Part shown: positions 1-9,093 of the stretch, piece after piece
How positions within the stretch are numbered: position 1 is the stretch's first letter
Layout: every line of letters starts with the position of its first letter
Assembly: GCA_050257975.1 (NCBI GenBank)
Contig: JBLMXY010000224.1
Coordinates: 17,087 to 81,086 of the forward strand
Reading direction: 5' to 3'
From: Acidobacteriota bacterium
Lineage (GTDB): Bacteria > Acidobacteriota > Thermoanaerobaculia > UBA5066 > Gp7-AA6
Length of the DNA stretch: 64,000 nucleotides
Position numbers and translations under genes: made by a program
The notes under the pieces: model-generated
What the model saw: the letters and a program-made list of their open reading frames with translations, nothing else
Database searches by the model: none
What the model was told of the DNA's origin: nothing

Positions 1-725
1 AAGAGGCCGGCATGCCCCGCGACACCTCCTCGACGAAAGGCGTTGCCGTCGTGGACTTCCCCCCGGACGACCCCGTCGCGAAACCCGGCATAGGACAGGC
101 CGAGGGCGAGGCTCATGTTCCGCTCGAACCGATCGCCCTTCTCGGTGGCCGCACAGGGCCGGCCCGGCCCGGGCAGGAAGCCCGCGCCCGATCCGGCAGG
201 ACCCGCGACGAGCTCGGAGAAGCAGCGGTCGAGCGGCGCCGAGAAGAAGGTCTCCAGGACGTCCCCCAGCACCAGGAAGCCCAGGTCGCTGTAGAGAACG
301 GTCCTGCCCGGTCGGATTTCCGGCTCGAGCTCGGACAGCGTGCGCCGGTAGGCGGCGGCCCCTTCTCCCCGGGCGTACACCGGGTACCACGCGGGAAGGC
401 CCGCCGTGTGGGTGAGCAGCCGCTCGAGCGTGATCCCGTCGTGACGCGTCTTCTTCCACTCGGGAAGATACCGGCCCGGCGGATCATCGAGCGAGAGGCC
501 GCGGGCGAGCGCGAGTCGCACGAGCGCGCCCGTCGAGAGCGGTTTGGTCAGGCTCGCCAGATCGAAGAGCGTCCCGGCCGACATCGCTTCCGGTTCCGGC
601 TCGACCGCGGCGTCGCCCGCGATGGCGCAATCGAGCACGGCGGCGGCCGAGCCCACGAGCCCGGCGGCGCCCGGGAAAGAGCCGGCCGAGATCTCCGCCC
701 GGAGAAACTCCTCGAGCGGCGTCAC
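1..725 (-). CDS. Serine hydrolase of the beta-lactamase/transpeptidase-like family. Partial: the C-terminus runs off the window start. GTG start at 725..723 overlaps the stop of the upstream gene (GTGA).
   Basis: My own minus-strand translation (it is not in the ORF track because there is no stop inside the window): ...VTPLEEFLRAEISAGSFPGAAGLVGSAAAVLDCAIAG...LFDLASLTKPL (S-x-x-K motif), YSD, HDGNAFRRGGVAGHAGLF (KTG-like region). Confidence 0.55.
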   Translation of the reverse strand, partial: MTPLEEFLRAEISAGSFPGAAGLVGSAAAVLDCAIAGDAAVEPEPEAMSAGTLFDLASLTKPLSTGALVRLALARGLSLDDPPGRYLPEWKKTRHDGITLERLLTHTAGLPAWYPVYARGEGAAAYRRTLSELEPEIRPGRTVLYSDLGFLVLGDVLETFFSAPLDRCFSELVAGPAGSGAGFLPGPGRPCAATEKGDRFERNMSLALGLSYAGFRDGVVRGEVHDGNAFRRGGVAGHAGL

Positions 726-1321
726 GGAGCGACGGTTTCGAGCTCCGCGCGCCGGGCGGCCACGCGCTGCATGTTGCGCGCAAGCGCCGGCGGCGGAGTC
801 TCCTCGCGGCGAACGGCCGCGCGCTCCCGCTCGAGCGCGGCGATCTGCTCGTCGAGGGCGCGGGCGCGGCTCGCATCGCGCACGCTCTCGCGGGAAGCCT
901 TCAGCTGCGCCAGGGCCTTGCCGTAGACCTCCGCCGACGCGGAGCGAACCCGCCTTTCGTCCAGCGCCACCAGCGCCTCGACGATCCGCGCGCGTGTCCA
1001 GGCGAGCTCCTCGGGAGCGACGCCGAGCGCCAGGGCGCTCTCCGCGTCCGTTCGCCCCTTGGCCGCCCGGCGAACGCGGATGAAACGGCCCACCTGCTCG
1101 TCGGTCAGCAGCCCGTCGGCCGGGGGCCGGAAGCGCGGCGTTGGCAGAAGATCTCCGCCGGGAAGCGAGCGCAGGGCGTCGGGACGCGATGCCGGCGTCC
1201 TCGACCGTCCGCACGCCGCCGCCCAAAGAGGGACGCAGGCGAGCGCCAGGACGCCGAGCTTCGTCACGAGGACAAGTCTAGCCCGTTCGGGCGAGACGCC
1301 GGTTCGCGATGCGACGGCCAT
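722..1321 (-). CDS. Hypothetical lipoprotein. Signal peptide ending in a lipobox (LWAAAC), followed by a helical Arg/Ala/Glu-rich domain.
   Basis: ORF 722..1321. N-terminal hydrophobic segment LVLVTKLGVLALACVPLWAAACG, then a coiled-coil-like sequence. No recognisable family. Confidence 0.45.
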   Translation of the reverse strand: MAVASRTGVSPERARLVLVTKLGVLALACVPLWAAACGRSRTPASRPDALRSLPGGDLLPTPRFRPPADGLLTDEQVGRFIRVRRAAKGRTDAESALALGVAPEELAWTRARIVEALVALDERRVRSASAEVYGKALAQLKASRESVRDASRARALDEQIAALERERAAVRREETPPPALARNMQRVAARRAELETVAP

Positions 1322-1410
1322 CTCACGGGGCCCGAATGGCTTGCGGCGCGGCGGGGAGGTCGACTTTGGCGCGCCGCGGGAAGGCCGATCGTTTAAACTG
1401 ATGCTTCGCC

Positions 1411-3210
1411 ATGCTGGAGAAGATCGGCAAGTACGAGATCGCCGAACAGATCGGGGTCGGCGGTTTCGGCGCGGTCTATCGCGGCCGCGATCCGTTCATC
1501 AAGCGAACGGTCGCGATCAAGACCTGCTCGGTCAACGACGAGGAGATCAAGAGCCGCTTCTTTCGAGAGGCTGAGCTCGCCGGCAACCTCCATCACCGCC
1601 ACATCACGACCATCTACGACTTCGGGGTCGAAAACGGCATCCCCTACATCGTCCAGGAGTTCCTGACCGGCGAAGACCTGGACAAGAAGATCAAGCGCGC
1701 CGAGCCAATACCGGTCCTGCGAAAGGTCGAGATCCTGATGGCGATCGCCGAGGGCCTCCACTACGCCCACGAGGCGCAGATCGTCCACCGCGACATCAAG
1801 CCCGCCAACGTCCGGATCCTGGACGACGACACCGTCAAGCTGATGGACTTCGGGATCGCCAAGTCGCTTCAGACGGAATCGAACCTGACCCAGACCGGCA
1901 TCACGCTGGGCACGTCGGCCTACCTCGCTCCCGAGCAGATTCGGGGCGAAGCCGTGGACCGGCGCACCGACATCTTCGCGACCGGCGTGCTCGCCTACGA
2001 ACTGCTCACCTACCGCAAGCCCTTCCGCGGCGAGCACCTCTCGACGGTGCTGTACAAGATCCTGAACGAGCAGCCGGAGCCGATCGAAACGGTCGCTCCC
2101 GACGTCCCGGCCGCTCTTTCCGCCGCGGTCCGGCGCGCGATGGAGAAGTCGCCCGACAAGCGCTACCCGTCGATGCAGGAACTCCTGCGCGATCTGCACG
2201 CGCTCTACAAGGAGCTGACCGGCGCGTCGGCGCGCTATTCGACGATCGCCCGTCTGGCCGCGACCGAGGGCCCGGATCTCGAGACGACCGTCGCAACACC
2301 CAGCCACGGCACGCGGACGGTCCACATCACGCCGCCCTCGGGGGCCCTGGCGAGGGTCCCCGCGCCGGAGCCCGTGCGCGCGGCGCCGCCGCCCGCCCGG
2401 CCGGCCGTCGCGCCGGGACTCGAGCTCGTCAACTTCCGCGATTCCTCGGAAGCGACGATGGTGCCGCCCGGCCGCATGGCGCCGGAAGCGGCCGGGTCTC
2501 GCCGACTCGTGATCGGCGCCATCTCGATCGCGGTCCTCGGGGCGGCGGCGGCCGCGGGTTGGTTCTTGACGCGCGGCCGCCAGGCTGCGCCCGTCCCTCC
2601 CGCCGCCGCGGCGGCGGCTCCGGTCGCCACGGCCGCGCCGCCCGCCGATCTGCCGACGCCGGAGCTCGGCGTGGACGCTCGCCCCCAGCCGACGGCCGCC
2701 CCCCCTGCCGCGCCGGTTGCGGCCGTCGAGCAGCCGACGCCCGCGCCGAAACCGGCGCCGCCCAAGCGCTTCGCCGTGCAGTTCTCTTCGATTCCGCCCG
2801 CGACGCTCTACGTGGACGGCCGGCAGATCGGCTCCTCCGTGCCGGCCAAGCGCGTGGAGCTCGAGGAGGGCAAGCACCGTTACCGTTTCGAGGCCCCCGG
2901 CCTCCCTCCCTACGAGCAGACCTTCCACCTGGGCGCCAATGGCGCCGCCCCGATTGCCTATCAATTCCCGATCGGGACGCTCGTCCTGCAGACCGACCCG
3001 AGCTGGATCGGCGCCTCGATCATCGTCGACGGCAAGTACAAGGCGACCGTGCGATCGGCGACCGAGACGGTGCGCCTGTCTCCGGGGACCCACCGCGTGA
3101 TCGTCCTGCGAGAGGGATTCAAGCCGGCCAACCGGGAGGTCGAAATCGAAAAGGGAGTCGAGGTGCCATGGGCGCCCGCTCCCGCCGTGGCGATCGAAAC
3201 GGGAGGTTAG
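1411..3210 (+). CDS. Hanks-type serine/threonine protein kinase with a transmembrane segment, a Pro/Ala-rich linker and a C-terminal PEGA domain.
   Basis: Kinase motifs GVGGFGAVY, AIK, HRDIKPAN, DFG, APE. TM helix at about residue 370. C-terminal LREGFKPANREVEI matches PEGA. Confidence 0.9.
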   Translation: MLEKIGKYEIAEQIGVGGFGAVYRGRDPFIKRTVAIKTCSVNDEEIKSRFFREAELAGNLHHRHITTIYDFGVENGIPYIVQEFLTGEDLDKKIKRAEPIPVLRKVEILMAIAEGLHYAHEAQIVHRDIKPANVRILDDDTVKLMDFGIAKSLQTESNLTQTGITLGTSAYLAPEQIRGEAVDRRTDIFATGVLAYELLTYRKPFRGEHLSTVLYKILNEQPEPIETVAPDVPAALSAAVRRAMEKSPDKRYPSMQELLRDLHALYKELTGASARYSTIARLAATEGPDLETTVATPSHGTRTVHITPPSGALARVPAPEPVRAAPPPARPAVAPGLELVNFRDSSEATMVPPGRMAPEAAGSRRLVIGAISIAVLGAAAAAGWFLTRGRQAAPVPPAAAAAAPVATAAPPADLPTPELGVDARPQPTAAPPAAPVAAVEQPTPAPKPAPPKRFAVQFSSIPPATLYVDGRQIGSSVPAKRVELEEGKHRYRFEAPGLPPYEQTFHLGANGAAPIAYQFPIGTLVLQTDPSWIGASIIVDGKYKATVRSATETVRLSPGTHRVIVLREGFKPANREVEIEKGVEVPWAPAPAVAIETGG

Positions 3211-3214
3211 CCCG

Positions 3215-4831
3215 ATGCGAGCTCGAATCGCGCTTCTCGCGGCGCTGCTGGCGGCGGCTCTCTCGGCTCAGGAGCCGAGCAAGCTCGAGACCGAGGCCAA
3301 GCGCGCCTTCGACTCGGGCCTGTTCGCCCAGGCGGGAGACAAGTACGTCAGAGCGGCTCAGGCCTCCGGGCTTCCCGCCGATCGTCAGGCCGAGCTGTCG
3401 CTGCAGGCCGCCTGGTCCTACTACATCGGCGGCAGCGCGAAGAACGCTCGCGAGGCGTTGAAGGCCGCCTTCAAGGCAAAGCCGGCTCTGGGCGTCGCGG
3501 GAGACCTCTACAGCCCCGACTTCGCCCGGCTGGCTCAGACCGTTCGCGCCGAGGTCACCGGGTCCGGCGAGGGCTCTCTCGATGTGGCGGAGATCAAGCG
3601 AGACGCCCGGGACAAGCTCCAGCAGGGCAAGGCCGAGGAAGCCCTCGCGACCCTGCAGCACGGATCGAGCGCGAACGACCCGGAGCTCCACCGGCTTCTC
3701 GGCGAAACCTACGACCGATTGGGCCGCTCCGCCGACGGAGACATCGAGCGCAAGCGGGCTTCGGACATCGAGCGCGGCCTGATCACCGCGACGCCGATCG
3801 GCGGCCCGGCTCCGCCGGGATCGGCTCCCGTGACCGGTCCGGTCGCGGCGTCGGCGTGGCTGCAGTCGGCGCAGAACCTCGTTCGAGCGGGAGACGCACG
3901 GGGAGCGGAGGCCGCCGCGCGGCGCGCGACGGAGGCCGATAATCGCAACGCGGACGCCCACGGCCTGCTCGGGGACCTGCTGCTTGCCGCCGGCAAGGAG
4001 GCCGACGCGGAGCGCGAGTTTACCGCCGCGGTGGCGGCGGACCCGTCCAGCGCGCGATCGCAATACGGCCTGGCCGTGCTGGCGGAGCGGCAGGACAAGT
4101 GGAATACGGCGGGCAGCCTGTACCGGCGCACCCTCGACCTCAACCCGAACAACGTGGCGGCGGCCCTGGGCCTCGGGCGGTCCATGGAGGAATTGAAGGA
4201 CCTGACGGCCGCCAGGCTGGCCTACGGCCGCGCCATCGAGATCGATCCGTCTTCGGCCGAGGCGCACAACGACTTCGGCGTCTTCCTCTCTCGCTCGGGC
4301 GAGCTCGATCGGTCGATCGAAGAGCTGATCCAGGCCGTGCGCCTCGCGCCCTCGCGCTCGGTCTACCACGAGAACCTCGGCCGCGTTTATCGCAAGAAGG
4401 GATCGTGGAAGGAGGCGGAGCGCGAGATCGCCGAGGCTTCCCGGCTCTCCCCCAACGAGATCGCGGTCTGGGCGACGCTCGGGGACCTGAGGCGAAAGCT
4501 GAAGAGGCCGGAGGACGCCGCCACCGCGTACGCCGCCGCGTTCGAGCTCGACCCCGCGAGCGAGGAGGCGGCCACGGGCCTGGCCGCGTCGCTGTCCGAG
4601 ACCGGCAAGCTGCAGGAGGCGGAGGCCGCCCTCCAGAAGGCGATCGGCGCCCGCCCCGCCTCGGCGACCCTGTGGAACAATCTCGGCGTGGTGCGGACGC
4701 GACGCGGGGACTATGCCGGCGCGATCGCCGCCTTTCAGAAGGCGCTCTCGAACAACGCGGGGCTCGCCCCGGCCAAGGCGAACCTCGAGCGCGCCGAGCA
4801 GCTGTTCGCCATCGCGCGGGCGGGCGGCTGA
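3215..4831 (+). CDS. Secreted TPR-repeat protein. Starts 5 nt after the kinase stop with a good SD (gggagg), so probably co-transcribed.
   Basis: Signal peptide MRARIALLAALLAAALSAQ. Multiple TPR-like repeats (AxxxxxxAxxLxP-type helices, NNV-AALGLG, SAEAHNDFGVFL...). Confidence 0.75.
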   Translation: MRARIALLAALLAAALSAQEPSKLETEAKRAFDSGLFAQAGDKYVRAAQASGLPADRQAELSLQAAWSYYIGGSAKNAREALKAAFKAKPALGVAGDLYSPDFARLAQTVRAEVTGSGEGSLDVAEIKRDARDKLQQGKAEEALATLQHGSSANDPELHRLLGETYDRLGRSADGDIERKRASDIERGLITATPIGGPAPPGSAPVTGPVAASAWLQSAQNLVRAGDARGAEAAARRATEADNRNADAHGLLGDLLLAAGKEADAEREFTAAVAADPSSARSQYGLAVLAERQDKWNTAGSLYRRTLDLNPNNVAAALGLGRSMEELKDLTAARLAYGRAIEIDPSSAEAHNDFGVFLSRSGELDRSIEELIQAVRLAPSRSVYHENLGRVYRKKGSWKEAEREIAEASRLSPNEIAVWATLGDLRRKLKRPEDAATAYAAAFELDPASEEAATGLAASLSETGKLQEAEAALQKAIGARPASATLWNNLGVVRTRRGDYAGAIAAFQKALSNNAGLAPAKANLERAEQLFAIARAGG

Positions 4832-4849
4832 CGGTCGACGGATTCCGTC

Positions 4850-5788
4850 GTGGCATCACCGTTGGCGGCGCGGTTTCTTCTGTCGGCTCTCGCCCTGGCA
4901 CTGGTGGGCCGGCGCGAATCCACTTCGGTTCCTGCCGCCGGGGGGGCGGCGGAGAGCTACGCCGACGAGATCTCCCAATGGCGCGCGCGCCGGCTCGAGC
5001 GCCTTCGCTCGGAGGGAGGCTGGCTCACCCTGGTCGGGCTCTTCTGGCTCGAGCCCGGGAAGAACGCCGTCGGAAGCGGAGCGGGAAACCGCGTCGTCCT
5101 GCCGCCGGGAAAGGCGCCCGCGTTCGCAGGCTCGCTCGACCGCGCCGGAGAGTCCGTCACGCTCCACGCGGCGCCGGGCTCGGGCATGCTCGCGGACGGA
5201 AAGCCCGTGACCACGCTGGCGCTGCGCTCGGACGAGGACGGCGAGCCGACCGTCCTGACCATCGGCTCCCTCTCCTTCTACGTCATCCGACGCGGAGAGC
5301 GTCTGGGAGTCCGCGTCAAGGACAGCCAGAGCGAGGCGCGCAGGAACTTTCACGGAATCGAGAGCTTCCCCGTCGATCCCAAATGGCGGGTCGAGGCGCG
5401 GTTCGAGCCGTACGACCCGCCGCGGTCGATCGCGGTGCCCAACGTTCTGGGAACGGTCGATTCCGAGAAGAGCCCGGGGGCGCTGGTCTTCGAGCTCGAA
5501 GGGAAGACCTACCGGCTCGACCCGGTCCTCGAGCGAGGCGAGACAGACTTCTTCGTCATCTTCGGCGATCAGACCAACGGCAAGGAGACTTACGGCGCCG
5601 GCCGGTTTCTCTATGCCTCTCCGCCGGTCGGCGGGCGCACCGTGCTCGACTTCAACAAGGCCTACAACCCGCCGTGCGTGTTCACGCCGTATGCGACGTG
5701 CCCGCTGCCGCCGCCCGAGAACCGCCTCGCGATCCGGGTCGAGGCCGGAGAGAAGGCCTACGGCGGGCACCGCAGTTCCCGCCCCTAG
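4850..5788 (+). CDS. DUF1684 family protein with an N-terminal signal or transmembrane segment.
   Basis: Conserved C-terminal block FNKAYNPPCVFTPYATCPLPPPENRLAIRVEAGEKAY, typical of DUF1684. GTG or TTG start. Confidence 0.7.
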   Translation: MASPLAARFLLSALALALVGRRESTSVPAAGGAAESYADEISQWRARRLERLRSEGGWLTLVGLFWLEPGKNAVGSGAGNRVVLPPGKAPAFAGSLDRAGESVTLHAAPGSGMLADGKPVTTLALRSDEDGEPTVLTIGSLSFYVIRRGERLGVRVKDSQSEARRNFHGIESFPVDPKWRVEARFEPYDPPRSIAVPNVLGTVDSEKSPGALVFELEGKTYRLDPVLERGETDFFVIFGDQTNGKETYGAGRFLYASPPVGGRTVLDFNKAYNPPCVFTPYATCPLPPPENRLAIRVEAGEKAYGGHRSSRP

Positions 5789-5803
5789 GCTGCCGGTCCC
5801 GGC

Positions 5804-6397
5804 TCACCGCAGGGACTCGAGCAGCTCCGCGAGGATCTGCGCCGTCGCGCCCCAGATCACCCGTTCCCCGTAGTGATAGAAGAGCACCGGCCCCTCGCGC
5901 CCCGGCAGCGTGCGCTTCTCGAGGGCGCCCGGATCGAGCAGTGCCGAGACCGGCACCTCCAGCACTTCGGCGATCTCGGCCTCGGCCGGACGAAAGACGT
6001 AAGGGTGCGGAATCGCCGCGACGAACGGCTCGACGTAGAAGTTCGTGACGGTGGTCAGGGGCGAGAGGCGCCCGAGCGCCAGCGCGTCGGAAGGACGGAT
6101 CCCCAGCTCCTCGTCGCTCTCGCGCAGCGCCGTGTGCCAGAGGGTCTCGTCGCCCGGCTCCTCGCCCCCGCCGGGAAAAGAGATCTGGCCCCTGTGGTGC
6201 TCGACCGACTCGGTGCGCCGCGTGAAGACGATCCAGAGTCCCGCGTCCCGCACGAAGAGCGGCGCGAGCACCGCCGCCCGCCGCATTCCGTCCGAGGGCT
6301 TCACGACCGCGCGCTCGCGCCGCGCGAGGCGACTGCGGAGCTCCTCCATCCAGCCGGCCCGGAGCGGGAGCCCTCCCGGAGTTTCCCCCGGGCGCAT
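5804..6397 (-). CDS. NUDIX hydrolase (CoA pyrophosphatase-like). The real start is the internal ATG at 6397, overlapping the prfB stop by 1 nt.
   Basis: NUDIX box GGGEEPGDETLWHTALRESDEELG. The N-terminal 102 aa of the track ORF are Arg/Gly-rich antisense-type junk. ATG at 6395-6397 overlaps the prfB TGA at 6397-6399. Confidence 0.7.
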   Translation of the reverse strand: MRPGETPGGLPLRAGWMEELRSRLARRERAVVKPSDGMRRAAVLAPLFVRDAGLWIVFTRRTESVEHHRGQISFPGGGEEPGDETLWHTALRESDEELGIRPSDALALGRLSPLTTVTNFYVEPFVAAIPHPYVFRPAEAEIAEVLEVPVSALLDPGALEKRTLPGREGPVLFYHYGERVIWGATAQILAELLESLR

Positions 6398-7516
6398 CAC
6401 TCCGCCGCCGCTTGCGTGGTCTCGGCGGCCGCCTTCAAGTAGGCCTCGATGAAAGGCGTCAGTCCCCCGTCGAGGACGCGGTCCGTGTCCCCCGTCTCGT
6501 GCCCCGTGCGATGGTCCTTGACCATCCGATAAGGGTGCAGCACGTAAGAGCGGATCTGGCTGCCCCACTCGATCGCCTTCTTGTCGCCGACACGCCTTTC
6601 CTCCTCCGCACGCCGCTCGTCGAGGGCCTTCTGATAGAGCCGCGCGCGCAGGACGCGCATCGCCATGTCGCGATTTCGCCCCTGGCTGCGCTCGTTCTGG
6701 CACGTGACGACGATGCCCGTGGGAAGGTGCGTGATCCGCACCGCGGAGTCGGTCACGTTGACGTGCTGGCCGCCGGCGCCGCTCGAGCGGTACGTGTCCA
6801 CCCGAAGGTCCTTGTCGGCGATGTCGATCTGGATGTCCTCGTCGATCTCGGGAGAGACGTAGACCGAGGCGAAGGAGGTGTGGCGCCGCTTGGCCGCGTC
6901 GTAGGGAGAAATCCGGACCAGCCGGTGGACGCCCATCTCCCCCTTCAGGTACCCGTACGCGTGGTCGCCGACGACGTGGAGCGTCGCGCTCTTGATGCCC
7001 GCCTCCTCTCCGTCCTGGCGGTCGATCAGCTCGGCTTTCCAGCCCCGCGACTCGGCAAAGCGCATGTACATGCGCAGCAGCATCTCCGCCCAGTCCTGCG
7101 ACTCGGTGCCCCCGGCGCCCGGATGGATCATGACCCAGGCGTTCCGGGCGTCTTCCGGCGCGCCCATCTTGACGGAGAGCTCGAGCTCGTCGGCGAAGGC
7201 CGTCGCGACGGCGAGCGACTCCCGCGCGTCCCTCTCCGCCGGCTCCCCCTCCTCAAGCAGCTCCCCCAGGGTCTCGAGCTCGCCGCGCAGGTCGTCCAGC
7301 CGCCGGACGGTGTCGAGCTTCTTCTCCTCCGCGCGGGTCCGGCGAAGGATCTCCTGGGCTTCTTCCGGTCGGGACCAGAAGTCCGGGGCCGCCGCCTTCT
7401 GTCTCAGCTCCTCGAGCGCGCTCCGCGCGGCGTCCAGATCAAAGATAGCCGCGGAGCGAGCCGAGCCGCTCCGAGGCGGCGTGCAGTGCGGAGATGAGGT
7501 CGTCGCGTTCGGTCAT
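6397..7516 (-). CDS. prfB: Peptide chain release factor 2 with a programmed +1 ribosomal frameshift. Frame 0 runs from ATG 7516 to CTT-TGA at ~7444-7439; +1 frame from there to the stop at 6397.
   Basis: Frame 0: MTERDDLISALHAASERLGSLRGYL*. The +1 frame continues DLDAARSALEELRQKAAAPDFWSRPEEAQEILRRTRAEEKKLDTVRRLDDLRGELETLGELLEEGEPAERDARESLAVATAFADELELSVKMGAPED... and matches the track ORF 6397..7167 (SPF motif region, GGQHVN). Confidence 0.92.
7436..7450 (-). other. prfB: prfB programmed +1 frameshift site (…GGC TAT CTT TGA TC… on the minus strand).
   Basis: The in-frame TGA follows Leu CTT 25 codons after the start. Downstream RF2 sequence continues only in the +1 frame. Confidence 0.9.
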
Positions 7517-7552
7517 GTTCTCGTTCGCGGGCCGTCCGTCGGCTCGCGGCGG

Positions 7553-9070
7553 TCACGGGCGGCGACGAAGCCGCGCGCGCGCCACGCCGAAGAGTAGCAC
7601 GGCGGCGGCGAGGGCGTCGGCGACGCGCGGGATGCCGTAGCCCCACCGGACCCACGGCGTGCGCTCGGAAACGAGACGCGCGGTGCCTCGCAGGATCCCC
7701 GCCCGGTCGCGTGGCAGCTCTCCCTGAATCCTTCCCTTCTCGTCCACGATGCCGGAGATCCCGGTGATCGCCGCCCGGAGGAGGCAGCGTTTCGTCTCGA
7801 CCGAGCGCATCACGGCTCCGGCGAAATGCTGGGCCTGCGCTCCGGCCCGGCCGTACCAGGAATCGTTCGAGATCGTCGCCAGGAGGTTCGCCCCGAGCGT
7901 TCCGACCTCCCTGCGGACGAGATCGGGATAGGTGATCTCGTAACAGACGCCGACGCCGATGCGCGCGGCGCCCGCGGAAAGAAGCGAGGGCTCTTTCGCC
8001 GCGGAGAACTCGCCGATCTCGGTCGAGACCTGGCGCACGAAGAAGAAGAGCTTCGGGAGGGGGACGTACTCGCCGAAAGGGACGAGGTGGACCTTTCGAT
8101 AGGGCTTTCCGACGGGGCCTCCTGCGCCGAGCAGCCTCGCCACGTTGTAGTAACGCCCGTCCGGCAGCTCCTCGATGTCGTTGAAGAGGACGAGCGAGTC
8201 GCGGGCGACCTCCGAGAGGTCGTGGCGCAGCATCGGGCTGCGATCCCAGTAGAGGGCAAACGCCGACTCCGGAATGACGATCAGGAAAGGGGCCTCGGCC
8301 GCGGCGGCCCGGGCCTGCTCCATCACGATCCGGTAGTTGCGGGCGTCGCTGCCGGACAGACGCGCCTCCTGACTCACGTTGGGCTGGAGAAGCGCGACGC
8401 GAAACGGGGGGCCGGCCGCCGGGTCCGTGCTCTCCGGCGCGGCGAGCCGCGCTGCGCCGAAGGCTCCGGCGGCGAGGGCGAGCGCCGCCGCCCCGAAAAG
8501 CGGACCCGGACGCCGCCGGATGGCGGCGAAGGCGAGCAGGGAGGACACCGACACCGCCAGCGCCCCGACGCCGAAGGCGCCCCACACGGATGCGGACTGG
8601 AGCCAGATCGGGTGCCGGTAGAGCGCCTGGGCGGTCAGATTCCAGGGGAAGCCCCCGTAGACGAAGGACCGGGCGTGCTCGCAGGCCATCCAGAGCAACG
8701 GGAACGCGGCCAGGCGCCAGCCGGAGCCGGGCGGGCCCGCGGAGACGGCGCCCCATGCGGCGAGCGCCGGCCACTCCGCGAGGATTCCCGCGAGGATCAC
8801 GAGGCAGACGACTCCCATGACCGGACTCTGCCCGCCGTAGCGCGTCACGACGTGAACGATCCACGGGATCGAGGCGCACCAGAAGGCAAGCCCGAGCAGG
8901 AAGCCCGAGACGAGCGCGCGGCCCCGGCTCTGCTCGGACGCGAGCGCCGCGAGGAAGGGCACGAGGGCCAGGGGCAGGAGCAGAACCCATTCCAGGGGAG
9001 GAAACGCCAGCGCGAGCAGGAGCCCCGACGCGAGCGCCGCGGCGGGCGTCTTCCACTTCGAGCCCTTCAC
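7553..9070 (-). CDS. lnt: Apolipoprotein N-acyltransferase (N-terminal membrane domain plus CN-hydrolase domain). Probable GTG start near 9070.
   Basis: Multi-TM N-terminus. CN-hydrolase block ...RVALLQPNVSQEARLSGSDARNY...KVHLVPFGEYVP...GVGVCYEITYPDLVRR.... The first ~60 aa of the track ORF are Arg/Gly-rich and unlikely to be real. Confidence 0.85.
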   Translation of the reverse strand: MKGSKWKTPAAALASGLLLALAFPPLEWVLLLPLALVPFLAALASEQSRGRALVSGFLLGLAFWCASIPWIVHVVTRYGGQSPVMGVVCLVILAGILAEWPALAAWGAVSAGPPGSGWRLAAFPLLWMACEHARSFVYGGFPWNLTAQALYRHPIWLQSASVWGAFGVGALAVSVSSLLAFAAIRRRPGPLFGAAALALAAGAFGAARLAAPESTDPAAGPPFRVALLQPNVSQEARLSGSDARNYRIVMEQARAAAAEAPFLIVIPESAFALYWDRSPMLRHDLSEVARDSLVLFNDIEELPDGRYYNVARLLGAGGPVGKPYRKVHLVPFGEYVPLPKLFFFVRQVSTEIGEFSAAKEPSLLSAGAARIGVGVCYEITYPDLVRREVGTLGANLLATISNDSWYGRAGAQAQHFAGAVMRSVETKRCLLRAAITGISGIVDEKGRIQGELPRDRAGILRGTARLVSERTPWVRWGYGIPRVADALAAAVLLFGVARARLRRRP

Positions 9071-9093
9071 CGGCGCCGCCCGATGGCCGATGT

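Noticed and set aside
1393-3093. 566-aa minus ORF antisense to the Ser/Thr kinase
   Set aside because: The kinase on the plus strand has all the Hanks motifs; the antisense ORF is low-complexity.
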